NCBI GenBank assembly: GCA_045603745.1 | Contig: JAZUMQ010000032.1 | Coordinates: forward strand, 7,133 to 71,132 | Origin: Eubacteriales bacterium | GTDB lineage: Bacteria > Bacillota > Clostridia > Oscillospirales > UBA644 | DNA: 64,000 nt | Direction of reading: 5' to 3' | In this document: one piece after another, positions 1-8,314 of the stretch | Position numbering within the stretch: the first letter of the stretch is position 1 | Layout of the letters: every line of letters starts with the position of its first letter | Program-made: the position numbers and the translations under genes | Notes under the pieces: generated by a model | Databases searched by the model: none | Told to the model about the DNA's origin: nothing | What the model saw: the letters and a program-made list of their open reading frames with translations, nothing else

Positions 1-106
1 AAAAGTTCTGGTAATGGGTACCGGAGCTTTGATGAGTCCTACCAGTATGATGCAGGGCGAATCTGTGCCCGGTATTGCCCATCTTGTGGAATTGTCTGCA
101 CAGTGA
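1..106 (+). CDS. spoVAD: Stage V sporulation protein AD, last 34 codons (5' end outside window)
   Basis: Frame starting at nt 2 reads KVLVMGTGALMSPTSMMQGESVPGIAHLVELSAQ-stop, resembling the conserved SpoVAD C-terminus; directly followed by spoVAE. Confidence 0.7.
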   Translation, partial: KVLVMGTGALMSPTSMMQGESVPGIAHLVELSAQ

Positions 107-115
107 GGTGATTTC

Positions 116-469
116 ATGAATTATCTGATGTCTTTTTTGGTGGGCGGTCTTTTTTGTGTCGTCGGTCAGATCTTGATTGAGCGCACTCGATTAACTCCCG
201 CCCGAATCCTTGTGGGATATGTGGTTGCAGGAGTGTTTCTCTCTGCAATCGGTGTCTACGAGCCGTTATTGAAATACGGTCATTCCGGTGCAAGTGTTCC
301 GTTGACCGGCTTTGGTCATCTTCTTGCGGAAGGGGTGCGCAAAGCCATTGCGGAAAAAGGATTTCTCGGCATTTTAACCGGGGGATTGACCTCCACCGCC
401 GCCGGGATTACTGCAGCTATCGTCTTTTCGTTGTTAGCATCACTCATCTTTAAGCCAAAAATGAAATAA
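116..469 (+). CDS. spoVAE: Stage V sporulation protein AE (SpoVAEB-type small membrane protein)
   Basis: 117 aa, multi-TM, SpoVAC/SpoVAE-family-like sequence (PLTGFGHLLAEG); GAGGTG SD 7 nt upstream; position after spoVAD. Confidence 0.8.
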   Translation: MNYLMSFLVGGLFCVVGQILIERTRLTPARILVGYVVAGVFLSAIGVYEPLLKYGHSGASVPLTGFGHLLAEGVRKAIAEKGFLGILTGGLTSTAAGITAAIVFSLLASLIFKPKMK

Positions 470-482
470 AAGCATTTTTAAC

Positions 483-511
483 GAACCCGAAATGTCGGGT
501 TCATTTTTTTT
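483..511 (+). terminator. Intrinsic terminator after spoVA genes
   Basis: GAACCCGA-aatg-TCGGGTTC perfect 8-bp stem followed by a T8 run. Confidence 0.8.
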
Positions 512-512
512 G

Positions 513-540
513 TTCTAAACCTGTCCGGGGCGCATAAACT
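513..540 (+). promoter_or_regulatory. Candidate sigma-E-type promoter for the spoIIIA operon
   Basis: TTCTAAA-N13-CATAAACT loosely resembles the sigma-E -35/-10 (CATACAnT) elements; spoIIIA is sigma-E dependent in B. subtilis. Weak match, position only. Confidence 0.25.
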
Positions 541-573
541 GGAATAGAAACGATGGAAAGGTATTTGTGAATT

Positions 574-1518
574 ATGGATCAGATTCTGGGGGAAGTGATT
601 CCTTATCTTCCGGAAAAAACCGCAAAGTCAATTCAATCACTGACGGAAACAGAACAAAAAAATCTCCGGGAAATCCGCATTAAATGGAATAATCCCACTC
701 TTTTATACACAGACGTCGGACGTAAGGTCTGTCCGGAAACGCTACATACGAAAGAAGAAATCGAATCGGTATTTCGGAAGATCTGTGCTTCCTCTGCTTA
801 TACCCACCGTAATGAGATCCGCTCCGGCTACGTTACCATTCCGGGAGGGCATCGGGTCGGAATTGTCGGTACTGCCGTTTTGGGGGAAAACGGATCGGTG
901 GAAGGGATTCGGGATATTTGTGGATTGTCTTTTCGGATCGCCCGGGAGTATGACGTATCGCTTCAATCCATTCTCCCTCAAATTTACGCTGACGGACGGA
1001 TTCGTAACTTGATGTTATTGGGGCCTCCCTGTAGCGGAAAAACCACGGTTTTGCGCGCTGTTGCAAAAGAATTATCAAATACTGTTCAGGTGGCGGTCAT
1101 CGACGAAAGGGAAGAGCTTTTTCCCGCCTCCCGCCCCACTCCAATGGGGTGTGACGTGCTTCGGGGTTACCCCAAATCCGTAGGAATTTTGCAGGCGTTG
1201 AGAACCCTATCTCCAAGAGTCATCGTTTGTGATGAGATTGGCACCGCCGCCGAGGTTTGTGCCATGCTGGACGGATTGCAGAGCGGCGTTTCTCTGCTGG
1301 TCTCTGCCCACGCCTACTCGACGGAAGAATTGATGCAACGCCCCCCGGTTCGAGAGCTGTTTCTTGCCGGAGGTATCGACGTTGCCGTATTTTTAGATCC
1401 GGTTCGGATCGGCACGGTTTGTGATGTTAAGGAAAGGGAAGATTTGTGTGTTGAAATGTCTCATGTTGATTCTGGTGTTTCTGCTTTGTGCGGGGTGCGG
1501 AGGGGTCTATGTTCTTGA
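574..1518 (+). CDS. spoIIIAA: Stage III sporulation protein AA (AAA-type ATPase)
   Basis: 314 aa, Walker A GPPCSGKTT, Walker B VIVCDEIG; first gene of an eight-gene spoIIIA-ordered cluster. Confidence 0.9.
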   Translation: MDQILGEVIPYLPEKTAKSIQSLTETEQKNLREIRIKWNNPTLLYTDVGRKVCPETLHTKEEIESVFRKICASSAYTHRNEIRSGYVTIPGGHRVGIVGTAVLGENGSVEGIRDICGLSFRIAREYDVSLQSILPQIYADGRIRNLMLLGPPCSGKTTVLRAVAKELSNTVQVAVIDEREELFPASRPTPMGCDVLRGYPKSVGILQALRTLSPRVIVCDEIGTAAEVCAMLDGLQSGVSLLVSAHAYSTEELMQRPPVRELFLAGGIDVAVFLDPVRIGTVCDVKEREDLCVEMSHVDSGVSALCGVRRGLCS

Positions 1519-1945
1519 TTTATCTGCCCGCCGCCGTCAGATTCGTCAGATGCAAGATCTGATTCGTTACCTTCGCCGGGAGATCCGATGTTCCGGCGCT
1601 CCGTTGCATCGGATTTTATCGTCGGAACAATGTCCTTCCGATCTTCCCATACTCCGGGAAATGGAACTTGCAGAACCTTTCGATCTCATCGCCTCTTATG
1701 AAAACTCAAAGCGCTCTTGTAATGCCGAAATGTTTTTTACCGAGGAAGAATGGAGCGCTTCCGATCACCTTTTTTACGCTCTTGGCCAAGGGGATTTCGT
1801 CGAGCAGGAGAGCCGCTTGTCTCTTGCGGAATCCGCTTTTTCCGAGGCGGAAAAAAACGCTCAGAAAACGATGGAACGAAACGGAAAACCCGCAATCGTT
1901 TTAGGGTGTTCTCTTGGGGCGGTTTTTGTGTTGATGTTAATTTAG
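1448..1945 (+). CDS. spoIIIAB: Stage III sporulation protein AB
   Basis: N-terminal TM segment followed by RRRQIRQMQDL (B. subtilis SpoIIIAB has RPRQIRQL at the same place). Start ambiguous: GTG 1448 has a GGAAAGGGAAG SD; 1424 and 1463 are alternatives. Confidence 0.8.
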   Translation: MLKCLMLILVFLLCAGCGGVYVLDLSARRRQIRQMQDLIRYLRREIRCSGAPLHRILSSEQCPSDLPILREMELAEPFDLIASYENSKRSCNAEMFFTEEEWSASDHLFYALGQGDFVEQESRLSLAESAFSEAEKNAQKTMERNGKPAIVLGCSLGAVFVLMLI

Positions 1946-1956
1946 CGGGGGATACG

Positions 1957-2151
1957 ATGGATACGGATATTTTGTTCCAGATCGCCGCCGTTGGTATCAT
2001 TGTCGCGGTGTTGAATTTAATCTTGACCAAGTCCGATCGGTCGGAACAGGCGCTGATGGTCACCATTGCCGGTCTTGTTTTGGTTCTCGCTCTCATTGTC
2101 AACGAGATCGGAACGCTTTTTGAGACCATTAAGACGGTGTTTGGGTTGTGA
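1957..2151 (+). CDS. spoIIIAC: Stage III sporulation protein AC
   Basis: 64 aa two-TM protein MDTDILFQIAAVGIIVAVLNLILTKSDRSEQ..., typical SpoIIIAC; internal ATG of the 1750-2151 ORF. Confidence 0.85.
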   Translation: MDTDILFQIAAVGIIVAVLNLILTKSDRSEQALMVTIAGLVLVLALIVNEIGTLFETIKTVFGL

Positions 2152-2534
2152 GCCTCGTCTGGGTTATGGGGGTTGCATTGATCGGAGTGATCGGATTTCA
2201 ATTCCTGCGGCGTTACGTTCCGGAATATGCATCTTTTATGCCCCTCGTTGCGGTAGTGCTGTTGCTCCTTACGTTACTTCCACAGTTGGAGACGATTGTC
2301 TCCGCCCTTCGGGATTTGGGGCAGAAATCGGGAATTGACGATGATTCCGTCGGGTTGGTCCTCCGGGGGATTGGGATTGGACTTGCTACGAAAATTGCAT
2401 CAGGGGTTTGTAACGATTGCGGACAACGTGCTTTAGGGGAGACGGTGGACTATTGGGGACAAATCTCCATTGTTTCCCTTGCCGTTCCGTTGATATTAGA
2501 TCTTGCACAACGGATTTTGGAAACGGAGTTTTAA
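2148..2534 (+). CDS. spoIIIAD: Stage III sporulation protein AD
   Basis: 128 aa polytopic membrane protein; GTG start overlaps the spoIIIAC stop (GTGA); operon position. Confidence 0.85.
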   Translation: MSLVWVMGVALIGVIGFQFLRRYVPEYASFMPLVAVVLLLLTLLPQLETIVSALRDLGQKSGIDDDSVGLVLRGIGIGLATKIASGVCNDCGQRALGETVDYWGQISIVSLAVPLILDLAQRILETEF

Positions 2535-2539
2535 GGATT

Positions 2540-3658
2540 ATGATGAAAAAGACGTTTATGTTCTGTTTGTTATTTCCTCTTTTAATATCAGTCTTTTCTT
2601 ATTCCTTTTCGTCCGAAGAAATTAACGATATTTTGGACAAGACCGAAGAGGAAACCGGCTACGGATCTTTTTTTCAGATGATTCCTCAAGAAAGTCTGGA
2701 ACTGTTTGAGAGATATGAAATCGACCTATCGGCCGATGCACCCTCCCCGGGGTTATCTCAGGTTCTTTTGACGGTTCTCTCCCTTTTTGTTTCGATTTTG
2801 TCGGAGCATTTACCGTTGCTTACTACCGGAATTGCAATTCTATTGCTTCTAAAATTGTTTTCCTCGCTTTGCCGCGGGAACGACCGCTTATTGGAATCTT
2901 TGGGGTATCTGACCGTAATTTCATCGGGCGTCTATTCCTTTTCGGTCATCGAGCATTTGTTGGCTTCCCTCACGGAAATTACCGAACAATCAGCGTCTTT
3001 CCTTACCGCCGCTTTGCCGGTCATCAGCGCCGCCCAGGTCTGGTCCGGTTCTCAATCCGGTGCATCTGTGGTTTCCGTCACGTTGCCCGTTATTTTGACA
3101 ATTCTTTCTTCTGCGGTATCCGCGTTGTATTACCCTCTATGTTGGTTTTGTTATGCCGCATCTCTCAGCGGTTTTTTTCGAGATCGGATTTCCTTGAGAC
3201 CTGTGATTTCTTCGGTAAAAAAATTCTGCACCCGAGGAGTGGAAATTCTGTCCGGGCTCTCTGTCGGCGTTTTTTGTGTGCAGCGGGCTGCGGTATCGTC
3301 TGTCAATACGGTGGCTCGTAAAGGGGCACGGTTTGCTCTTCTGCAGGTGTTACCCCTTGCCGGGGGAGCTTTGACCGATGGCATCGAAACCGTCTACGCT
3401 TGCGGGAAAAGTATTTGCGGAAAAGTGGGAGTCGTTTGCGTTCTCGTTGTGGCGGTGCTTTTTGCAACCCCTTGTGTTCTCGGACTCTTTTTCGTGTTTC
3501 TCTATTCTTTTTTGTCCTCTGTCGGGTCGCTTTTGGACGTTCCTTTATTGGTGGATTTTTATACGGATATTAAAGATACCTTCGCCATGATGACTTCTTT
3601 TTCCGTTTGTTCTCTCGTGGTGGTTTCGTCGGCACTTTTGCTCTTGACAGGAGGTTGA
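2540..3658 (+). CDS. spoIIIAE: Stage III sporulation protein AE
   Basis: 372 aa, signal-like N-terminus MMKKTFMFCLLFPLL and multiple TM segments; ATG at 2540 within the 2417-3658 ORF; operon position. Confidence 0.85.
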   Translation: MMKKTFMFCLLFPLLISVFSYSFSSEEINDILDKTEEETGYGSFFQMIPQESLELFERYEIDLSADAPSPGLSQVLLTVLSLFVSILSEHLPLLTTGIAILLLLKLFSSLCRGNDRLLESLGYLTVISSGVYSFSVIEHLLASLTEITEQSASFLTAALPVISAAQVWSGSQSGASVVSVTLPVILTILSSAVSALYYPLCWFCYAASLSGFFRDRISLRPVISSVKKFCTRGVEILSGLSVGVFCVQRAAVSSVNTVARKGARFALLQVLPLAGGALTDGIETVYACGKSICGKVGVVCVLVVAVLFATPCVLGLFFVFLYSFLSSVGSLLDVPLLVDFYTDIKDTFAMMTSFSVCSLVVVSSALLLLTGG

Positions 3659-3660
3659 CG

Positions 3661-4116
3661 ATGTTGGTTTCTTTGTTGTTGTCTTGTCTTTTCTTTGGAT
3701 TGATTTCGATGATTTTACCTTCAGATAAGAAAACGGAATGGATTTATGTTTTGTTGATTGCCATTTTGATTCTTTCTATTGGTTCCCATCTGTCGAATAT
3801 GGATTTCACCCTTCCCGAACCGGAAGAATTTTTTCCCGAAAACGTCTCGGCTTTTCCGGAATCTGCGGCGTTGGAATCTGCCGTTTCTTTGCAGGTGTAT
3901 TCCTTGACCGGGCAATCCCCGCTTTCGGTGGAAAGTGACCTGCAACGAAAGGGCGACGATTACGAATTGACCCGGATTTCGGTGGTGCTCCGATCCGGAA
4001 ACGAAAAGGAGGTGCAAGATGCTCTTCAAAAATCTTTTTCTTTCCAAGGATTCATCGTCACCTCCCAAGAGGTCGACGGATCCGGTGAAGATTTCCACCT
4101 TCTTCCGGAAGAATAA
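3661..4116 (+). CDS. spoIIIAF: Stage III sporulation protein AF
   Basis: 151 aa, two N-terminal TM helices plus a soluble domain; ATG 3661 two nt after the spoIIIAE stop. Confidence 0.75.
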   Translation: MLVSLLLSCLFFGLISMILPSDKKTEWIYVLLIAILILSIGSHLSNMDFTLPEPEEFFPENVSAFPESAALESAVSLQVYSLTGQSPLSVESDLQRKGDDYELTRISVVLRSGNEKEVQDALQKSFSFQGFIVTSQEVDGSGEDFHLLPEE

Positions 4117-4570
4117 ACGAATAATTTTTATCACGGTTCTTTCCGCAATTCTTTTATTGTTCTTTTTAGGAAACAACGGTAAAAAAGAAGAAAATATGGG
4201 GAATTCCAAGGATTTTTACGCATATGCGGAACTGCTCCGAAAGGATCTTGAATCCACACTGTCCGAAATGTCCGGCGTGGGGAAATGTTCCGTTTTAATT
4301 ACCTTTTCCGATGCAGGAGAGAAGGTCTATGCTTGCGATGAGGATTTATCTTCTTCTGAAGGGAAAATGGATTCCGACCGCAAATACGTCTTGATCTCTT
4401 CCCGTTCGGAAGGGCTGATTTTGAAAGTATATTCCCCCTCGGTTTTGGGTGTCGCCGTGATCTGTGAAGGAGGTGAAAGTACCCGTGTAAAGAACGATAT
4501 AACCGAAATTTTATCTCGAACCCTCGGTATATCCGCCGATCGAATCGCTGTAAAAAAAATGAATTCATAG
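4019..4570 (+). CDS. spoIIIAG: Stage III sporulation protein AG
   Basis: C-terminus VLGVAVICEGGESTRVKNDITEILSRTLGISADRIAVKKM parallels B. subtilis SpoIIIAG; AAGGAGGTG SD at 4006-4014 supports ATG 4019, which lies inside spoIIIAF. Confidence 0.85.
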   Translation: MLFKNLFLSKDSSSPPKRSTDPVKISTFFRKNKRIIFITVLSAILLLFFLGNNGKKEENMGNSKDFYAYAELLRKDLESTLSEMSGVGKCSVLITFSDAGEKVYACDEDLSSSEGKMDSDRKYVLISSRSEGLILKVYSPSVLGVAVICEGGESTRVKNDITEILSRTLGISADRIAVKKMNS

Positions 4571-4582
4571 GAGTGGTCTGAT

Positions 4583-5089
4583 ATGAAAAAGAAAACCATT
4601 GTTGCTATTGTCGGAATGACGATTTTTGTTTTAGTTGCCGTTGCCGTCAACTGGAAATTTTCTCTGCTCAGCAATTTATTCCCGACCGGAACCGAATCGC
4701 CCGATTCGCCTTCCGTTGAAGCCGGTGCCAACGCAGAGGAAGATTCTTATTTTGACAATGCTCGCTATTCCCGTTCCCAATCCAGAGAAGAAGCCCTTGC
4801 TATGCTCAACGAGATCGTCAACGATGAAGCCGTCGACGAAGATACGAAGAAGAACGCCTATGCCCAAGTGGTTGCTTATGCAAAAATTACGGAAGGTGAA
4901 GCCGCGTTGGAAAACGTCTTGAAAGCAAAGGGGTTTGAGGAGTGTATCGTTTTTCTTACTTCCGACACGGCAACCGTTGTCATTGCTGCAGAATCCTTGA
5001 ACGAACAACAGTCTGCACAAATCTTTGATGCCGTCCTAACCCAGACCGGATTTGAAAGCGGATCGGTAAAAATTGTTACCTATCCGTGA
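4583..5089 (+). CDS. spoIIIAH: Stage III sporulation protein AH
   Basis: 168 aa, N-terminal TM anchor and YscJ/FliF-like C-terminal domain; last gene of the operon. Confidence 0.85.
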   Translation: MKKKTIVAIVGMTIFVLVAVAVNWKFSLLSNLFPTGTESPDSPSVEAGANAEEDSYFDNARYSRSQSREEALAMLNEIVNDEAVDEDTKKNAYAQVVAYAKITEGEAALENVLKAKGFEECIVFLTSDTATVVIAAESLNEQQSAQIFDAVLTQTGFESGSVKIVTYP

Positions 5090-5096
5090 GAAAATG

Positions 5097-5135
5097 ATGA
5101 AATTTTATACAAAATTCAGAAAAAATTTCATTTTT
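5097..5135 (+). terminator. Possible weak (AT-only) terminator or palindrome after spoIIIAH
   Basis: ATGAAATTTT (5097-5106) and AAAATTTCAT (5122-5131) are a perfect 10-bp inverted repeat followed by TTTTT. The stem is all A/T, so stability is doubtful. Confidence 0.35.
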
Positions 5136-5159
5136 CCTCTATACAAACGGGTAAAAATA

Positions 5160-5168
5160 TGCTATAAT
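5160..5168 (+). promoter_or_regulatory. Extended -10 promoter element upstream of asp23-like gene
   Basis: TGcTATAAT at 5160-5168, about 50 nt upstream of ATG 5221; no good -35. Confidence 0.45.
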
Positions 5169-5220
5169 ATTATATAATTAACAAATCAGCGATTCAAATT
5201 ACCCATGGAGGTTTCACATT

Positions 5221-5592
5221 ATGGAAGAAATTAAAAACGGTTCTATCCGCATTTCCGACGAAGTCGTGGCTGACATTGCCATCAAAGCTGCCCTGGACGT
5301 GGAAGGGGTTGCCGGCGTCCCGCAACGTGTTTTAGAAAATGCAAAAAGCATTATGTCCTCCCGCGTGACCTTTGTCAAAGGCGTTACGTTGGCTCCCTCG
5401 GAAGGCGGCCTGGAACTTACGATTCAGATTTCCGTTCTCTTCGGTACGAAGGTGCAGGACGTTTGTGTCGCGGTTCAGCGTGAGGTTGCAGAGGCAGTCG
5501 CCGATATGACCGGCATTACGGTCAGTTCCGTCAACGTTTCCGTCGTCAGTGTCGCCCTTCCAAAAGTCGTCGCGAAAAAGTCCACGAAATAA
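5221..5592 (+). CDS. Asp23/Gls24-family alkaline shock protein
   Basis: 123 aa; IRISDEVVADIAIKAALDVEGVAG... is the typical Asp23-family N-terminus. Confidence 0.85.
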   Translation: MEEIKNGSIRISDEVVADIAIKAALDVEGVAGVPQRVLENAKSIMSSRVTFVKGVTLAPSEGGLELTIQISVLFGTKVQDVCVAVQREVAEAVADMTGITVSSVNVSVVSVALPKVVAKKSTK

Positions 5593-5610
5593 TTGAGAGG
5601 CATCTGAACT

Positions 5611-6006
5611 ATGTTGAAACGTTCCGAAGCACGGAACAACGCATTCATTCTTTTGTTTGAATGTTCGTTCCAGTCTGAACCTGACCGGGAAGAAGTGCTC
5701 CGTCTCGCGGAGGAAAATCACGAAATCGCCCTCGACGATTTCGTCTTATCCGTGTTCCACGGCGTGCTCGATTGTCGGGAAGAGATTGACAGCCGGATTT
5801 CCAACTACTGCAAAAAACGCACGGTGGATCGTCTGTCCAAAATGCTCCTTACCGCCCTTCGCATCGCATTTTACGAACTTGATCACACCGACACGCCTTC
5901 GGCGATTGTTATCAACGAGGCGGTCAACTTGATCAAAACTTACGATTCCCCCGAATCCGCCGCTTACGGAAATGGGGTGTTGGCATCTTATGTCCGCGAA
6001 AAGTGA
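5611..6006 (+). CDS. nusB: Transcription antitermination factor NusB
   Basis: 131 aa; RSEARNNAFILLFE... and LRIAFYEL...INEAVNL motifs typical of NusB. Confidence 0.9.
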   Translation: MLKRSEARNNAFILLFECSFQSEPDREEVLRLAEENHEIALDDFVLSVFHGVLDCREEIDSRISNYCKKRTVDRLSKMLLTALRIAFYELDHTDTPSAIVINEAVNLIKTYDSPESAAYGNGVLASYVREK

Positions 6007-6916
6007 ATATCTCGGCATTGATACCAGTAATTATACGACCTCCGTTGCCCTTCATATTTCCGACGGAATGGAAAGCCGCAGGCGGCTTCTTCCGGTTCGG
6101 GAGGGGGAACGGGGGCTTCGTCAGAGTGACGCCGTTTTCTTGCACGTAAAACAGTTTCCGGAATTGTTTGAAACCCTTCCGTCTCCGATGTCTTTGACGG
6201 CGGTGGGCGTTTCTACCCGTCCTCGCAACGTGGACGATTCCTACATGCCCTGTTTTCGTGCCGGGGTGTCCTATGCCCGATCTCTGGCCCATTCCCATGG
6301 TTGTCCGTTGTATGAGTTTTCCCATCAACAAGGTCATATCGCCGCCGGATTGTGGTCGATTGGCAGGGGAGATCTGTTGCAAAATCCCTTCCTCGCCTTT
6401 CACGTGTCCGGGGGTACGACGGAACTTCTTTTTGTAAACGGAATTCACGACGTTCAAGTTGTCGCCCATACCTTGGATCTTCATGCCGGTCAGTTGATCG
6501 ACCGCATCGGAGTTTTGTTGGGGTATTCGTTTCCCTGCGGTGCGGCGATGGATCCCGATGCTTTACGCGCCGAAAAATCGGTCAAACATTACGTTCGCCT
6601 CAAAGAAGGTTGTTGCTCTCTTTCCGGATATGAAAACAAAGCACAAAAAATGCTTTCCGACGGATATACCAAAGAGGAAATCGCCTTCTTTGCCGTAGAT
6701 TCCGTTTCTGCGGAATTGGAAGCAATGATCGATGCCGCGTTGTTGCAATATCCCGATTTGCCCCTGTTGATGATCGGTGGTGTCTGTTCCAACTCCTTGA
6801 TTCGTCGTCGTCTGTCTGCCCGCTACGGTGCACTTTTTGCCGCAGACGGGTTTTCGTGTGATAATGCCGCCGGAATTGCTTATTTAACAAAACTTCGTCA
6901 CGAAGGAGTGATTTGA
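5990..6916 (+). CDS. Kae1/TsaD-like (ASKHA-fold, peptidase M22 family) protein, compact paralog
   Basis: 308 aa; YLGIDTSNYTTSVAL (ASKHA phosphate-1), SHQQGH (HxxxH metal motif), HVSGGTTELL, CDNAAGIAY. ATG 5990 overlaps the nusB end. Confidence 0.75.
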   Translation: MSAKSEYLGIDTSNYTTSVALHISDGMESRRRLLPVREGERGLRQSDAVFLHVKQFPELFETLPSPMSLTAVGVSTRPRNVDDSYMPCFRAGVSYARSLAHSHGCPLYEFSHQQGHIAAGLWSIGRGDLLQNPFLAFHVSGGTTELLFVNGIHDVQVVAHTLDLHAGQLIDRIGVLLGYSFPCGAAMDPDALRAEKSVKHYVRLKEGCCSLSGYENKAQKMLSDGYTKEEIAFFAVDSVSAELEAMIDAALLQYPDLPLLMIGGVCSNSLIRRRLSARYGALFAADGFSCDNAAGIAYLTKLRHEGVI

Positions 6917-8115
6917 TGAACCCCCCTATGGCTCTTTCCGTGGCACAATTGAATCTTTACGTCAAATCCCTATTGGAAAGCGACCGGAATCTCAAATCGG
7001 TCTGGATTCGGGGCGAACTTTCCAATTTTGTCCGAAATTCCAAAAGCGGACACTGTTATTTCTCCGTCAAAGATCGGGAGGCGTCGGTCAAAGCCGTCAT
7101 GTTCAAATGGCAGGCGTCAAATCTGACCTTTGCGCCGAAAGACGGAATTCAGGTTCTTCTTCGGGGAAAGGTCTCTCTCTATGAACGAGACGGACAATAT
7201 CAGTTTTATACGGAAGAAATGCTTCCGGACGGTTTGGGTAGCCTTTATCTTGAATTTTTGCGTATTAAGGCGAAGTTGGAAGAGGAAGGTCTTTTTGACC
7301 GTAAAAAAGCGCTTCCTTCCTATCCTCGTTCCATCGGAATCTGTACTTCCGTGACCGGGGCTGCGATTCGTGACATTCTCAGCGTTTGCGCTCGCCTTGC
7401 TCCTTCGATCAATCTCTGTATCTATCCTTGCTTGATGCAGGGGAGTGAATCCCCTCGCTCCGTGGCTGAAGGGTTGCGGTACTTCCGTACCCGCCCTGAG
7501 ACCGATCTTGTCATCATTGCCCGGGGCGGCGGTTCTTATGAAGATTTGGCGGTTTTTAACGACGAATCCCTCGCTCGTTTGGTTGCGGATTACCCCTTGC
7601 CCGTTATCAGCGCTATCGGTCACGAGACTGATTTTACTATTCTTGATTTCGTTTCCGATTTTCGTGCGGCAACGCCTTCCGTCGCGGCAGAAGTCGCGGT
7701 GGGACAAACCCCCGCTCTTTCGGAGCGCCTGGATCGGGCGAAACGATCCCTTTTTACCCTTGCTTCCGGTCGGTTGCGGTTGGAAGAACAGATTTTACGA
7801 AATCTTTCTTCACAAATCGACCCTTCCCATACGTTGCAAAATCATGCCCAACGGTTGGATCATTTGGACTTCCGTCTCAAATCCGCCGGTCAGCGGCAAA
7901 TTCAACATATTTCTTCGGATTTTTCGTCTCTCGCCGCACGGTTGACGGCGTTAAATCCCCTTTCCGTTTTATCCCGCGGTTATGCTCTTGCGGAAGCAGG
8001 AGAAACCCCCGTCCGTTCCTCGGAGCAAGTTTCCGTCGGGGATCATCTTACCCTACATTTTCATGATGGAGTGATCGGCTGTGTCGCAGAATACAAAGAA
8101 ACCCGCAAATTATGA
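6916..8115 (+). CDS. xseA: Exodeoxyribonuclease VII large subunit
   Basis: 399 aa; N-terminal OB fold (LSVAQLNLYVKSLLE...VWIRGELSNF), catalytic core ARGGGSYEDL, AIGHETDFT. Confidence 0.92.
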   Translation: MNPPMALSVAQLNLYVKSLLESDRNLKSVWIRGELSNFVRNSKSGHCYFSVKDREASVKAVMFKWQASNLTFAPKDGIQVLLRGKVSLYERDGQYQFYTEEMLPDGLGSLYLEFLRIKAKLEEEGLFDRKKALPSYPRSIGICTSVTGAAIRDILSVCARLAPSINLCIYPCLMQGSESPRSVAEGLRYFRTRPETDLVIIARGGGSYEDLAVFNDESLARLVADYPLPVISAIGHETDFTILDFVSDFRAATPSVAAEVAVGQTPALSERLDRAKRSLFTLASGRLRLEEQILRNLSSQIDPSHTLQNHAQRLDHLDFRLKSAGQRQIQHISSDFSSLAARLTALNPLSVLSRGYALAEAGETPVRSSEQVSVGDHLTLHFHDGVIGCVAEYKETRKL

Positions 8116-8314
8116 AGAAATGATTGCCCGGTTGGAGGAGATCGTCACCTCTCTCGAATCAGGAGAACTGTCTTTGGACGAAACTATGCGCGTCTATAAA
8201 GAAGCATTGACCCTGTCCGAAAAATGTTCTAAAATTCTGGAAAAATTCCGGGGCGAGATCACTCTTGTACAAAAGGGAGAGGAGGTTCCATTGACCGATG
8301 ACGACCTTCGATGA
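8081..8314 (+). CDS. xseB: Exodeoxyribonuclease VII small subunit
   Basis: 77 aa; YEEMIARLEEIVTSLESGELSLDETMRVYKEA is canonical XseB; GTG start overlapping xseA. Confidence 0.9.
   Translation: MSQNTKKPANYEEMIARLEEIVTSLESGELSLDETMRVYKEALTLSEKCSKILEKFRGEITLVQKGEEVPLTDDDLR

Noticed and set aside
1421-1518. Apparent 98-nt overlap of spoIIIAA and spoIIIAB, and similar 5' extensions of ORFs (2417-2539, 3607-3660, 37475-37561, 61019-61132, 23172-23180)
   Set aside because: These are artefacts of taking the longest ORF. Internal starts with SD sequences give N-termini that match the families.
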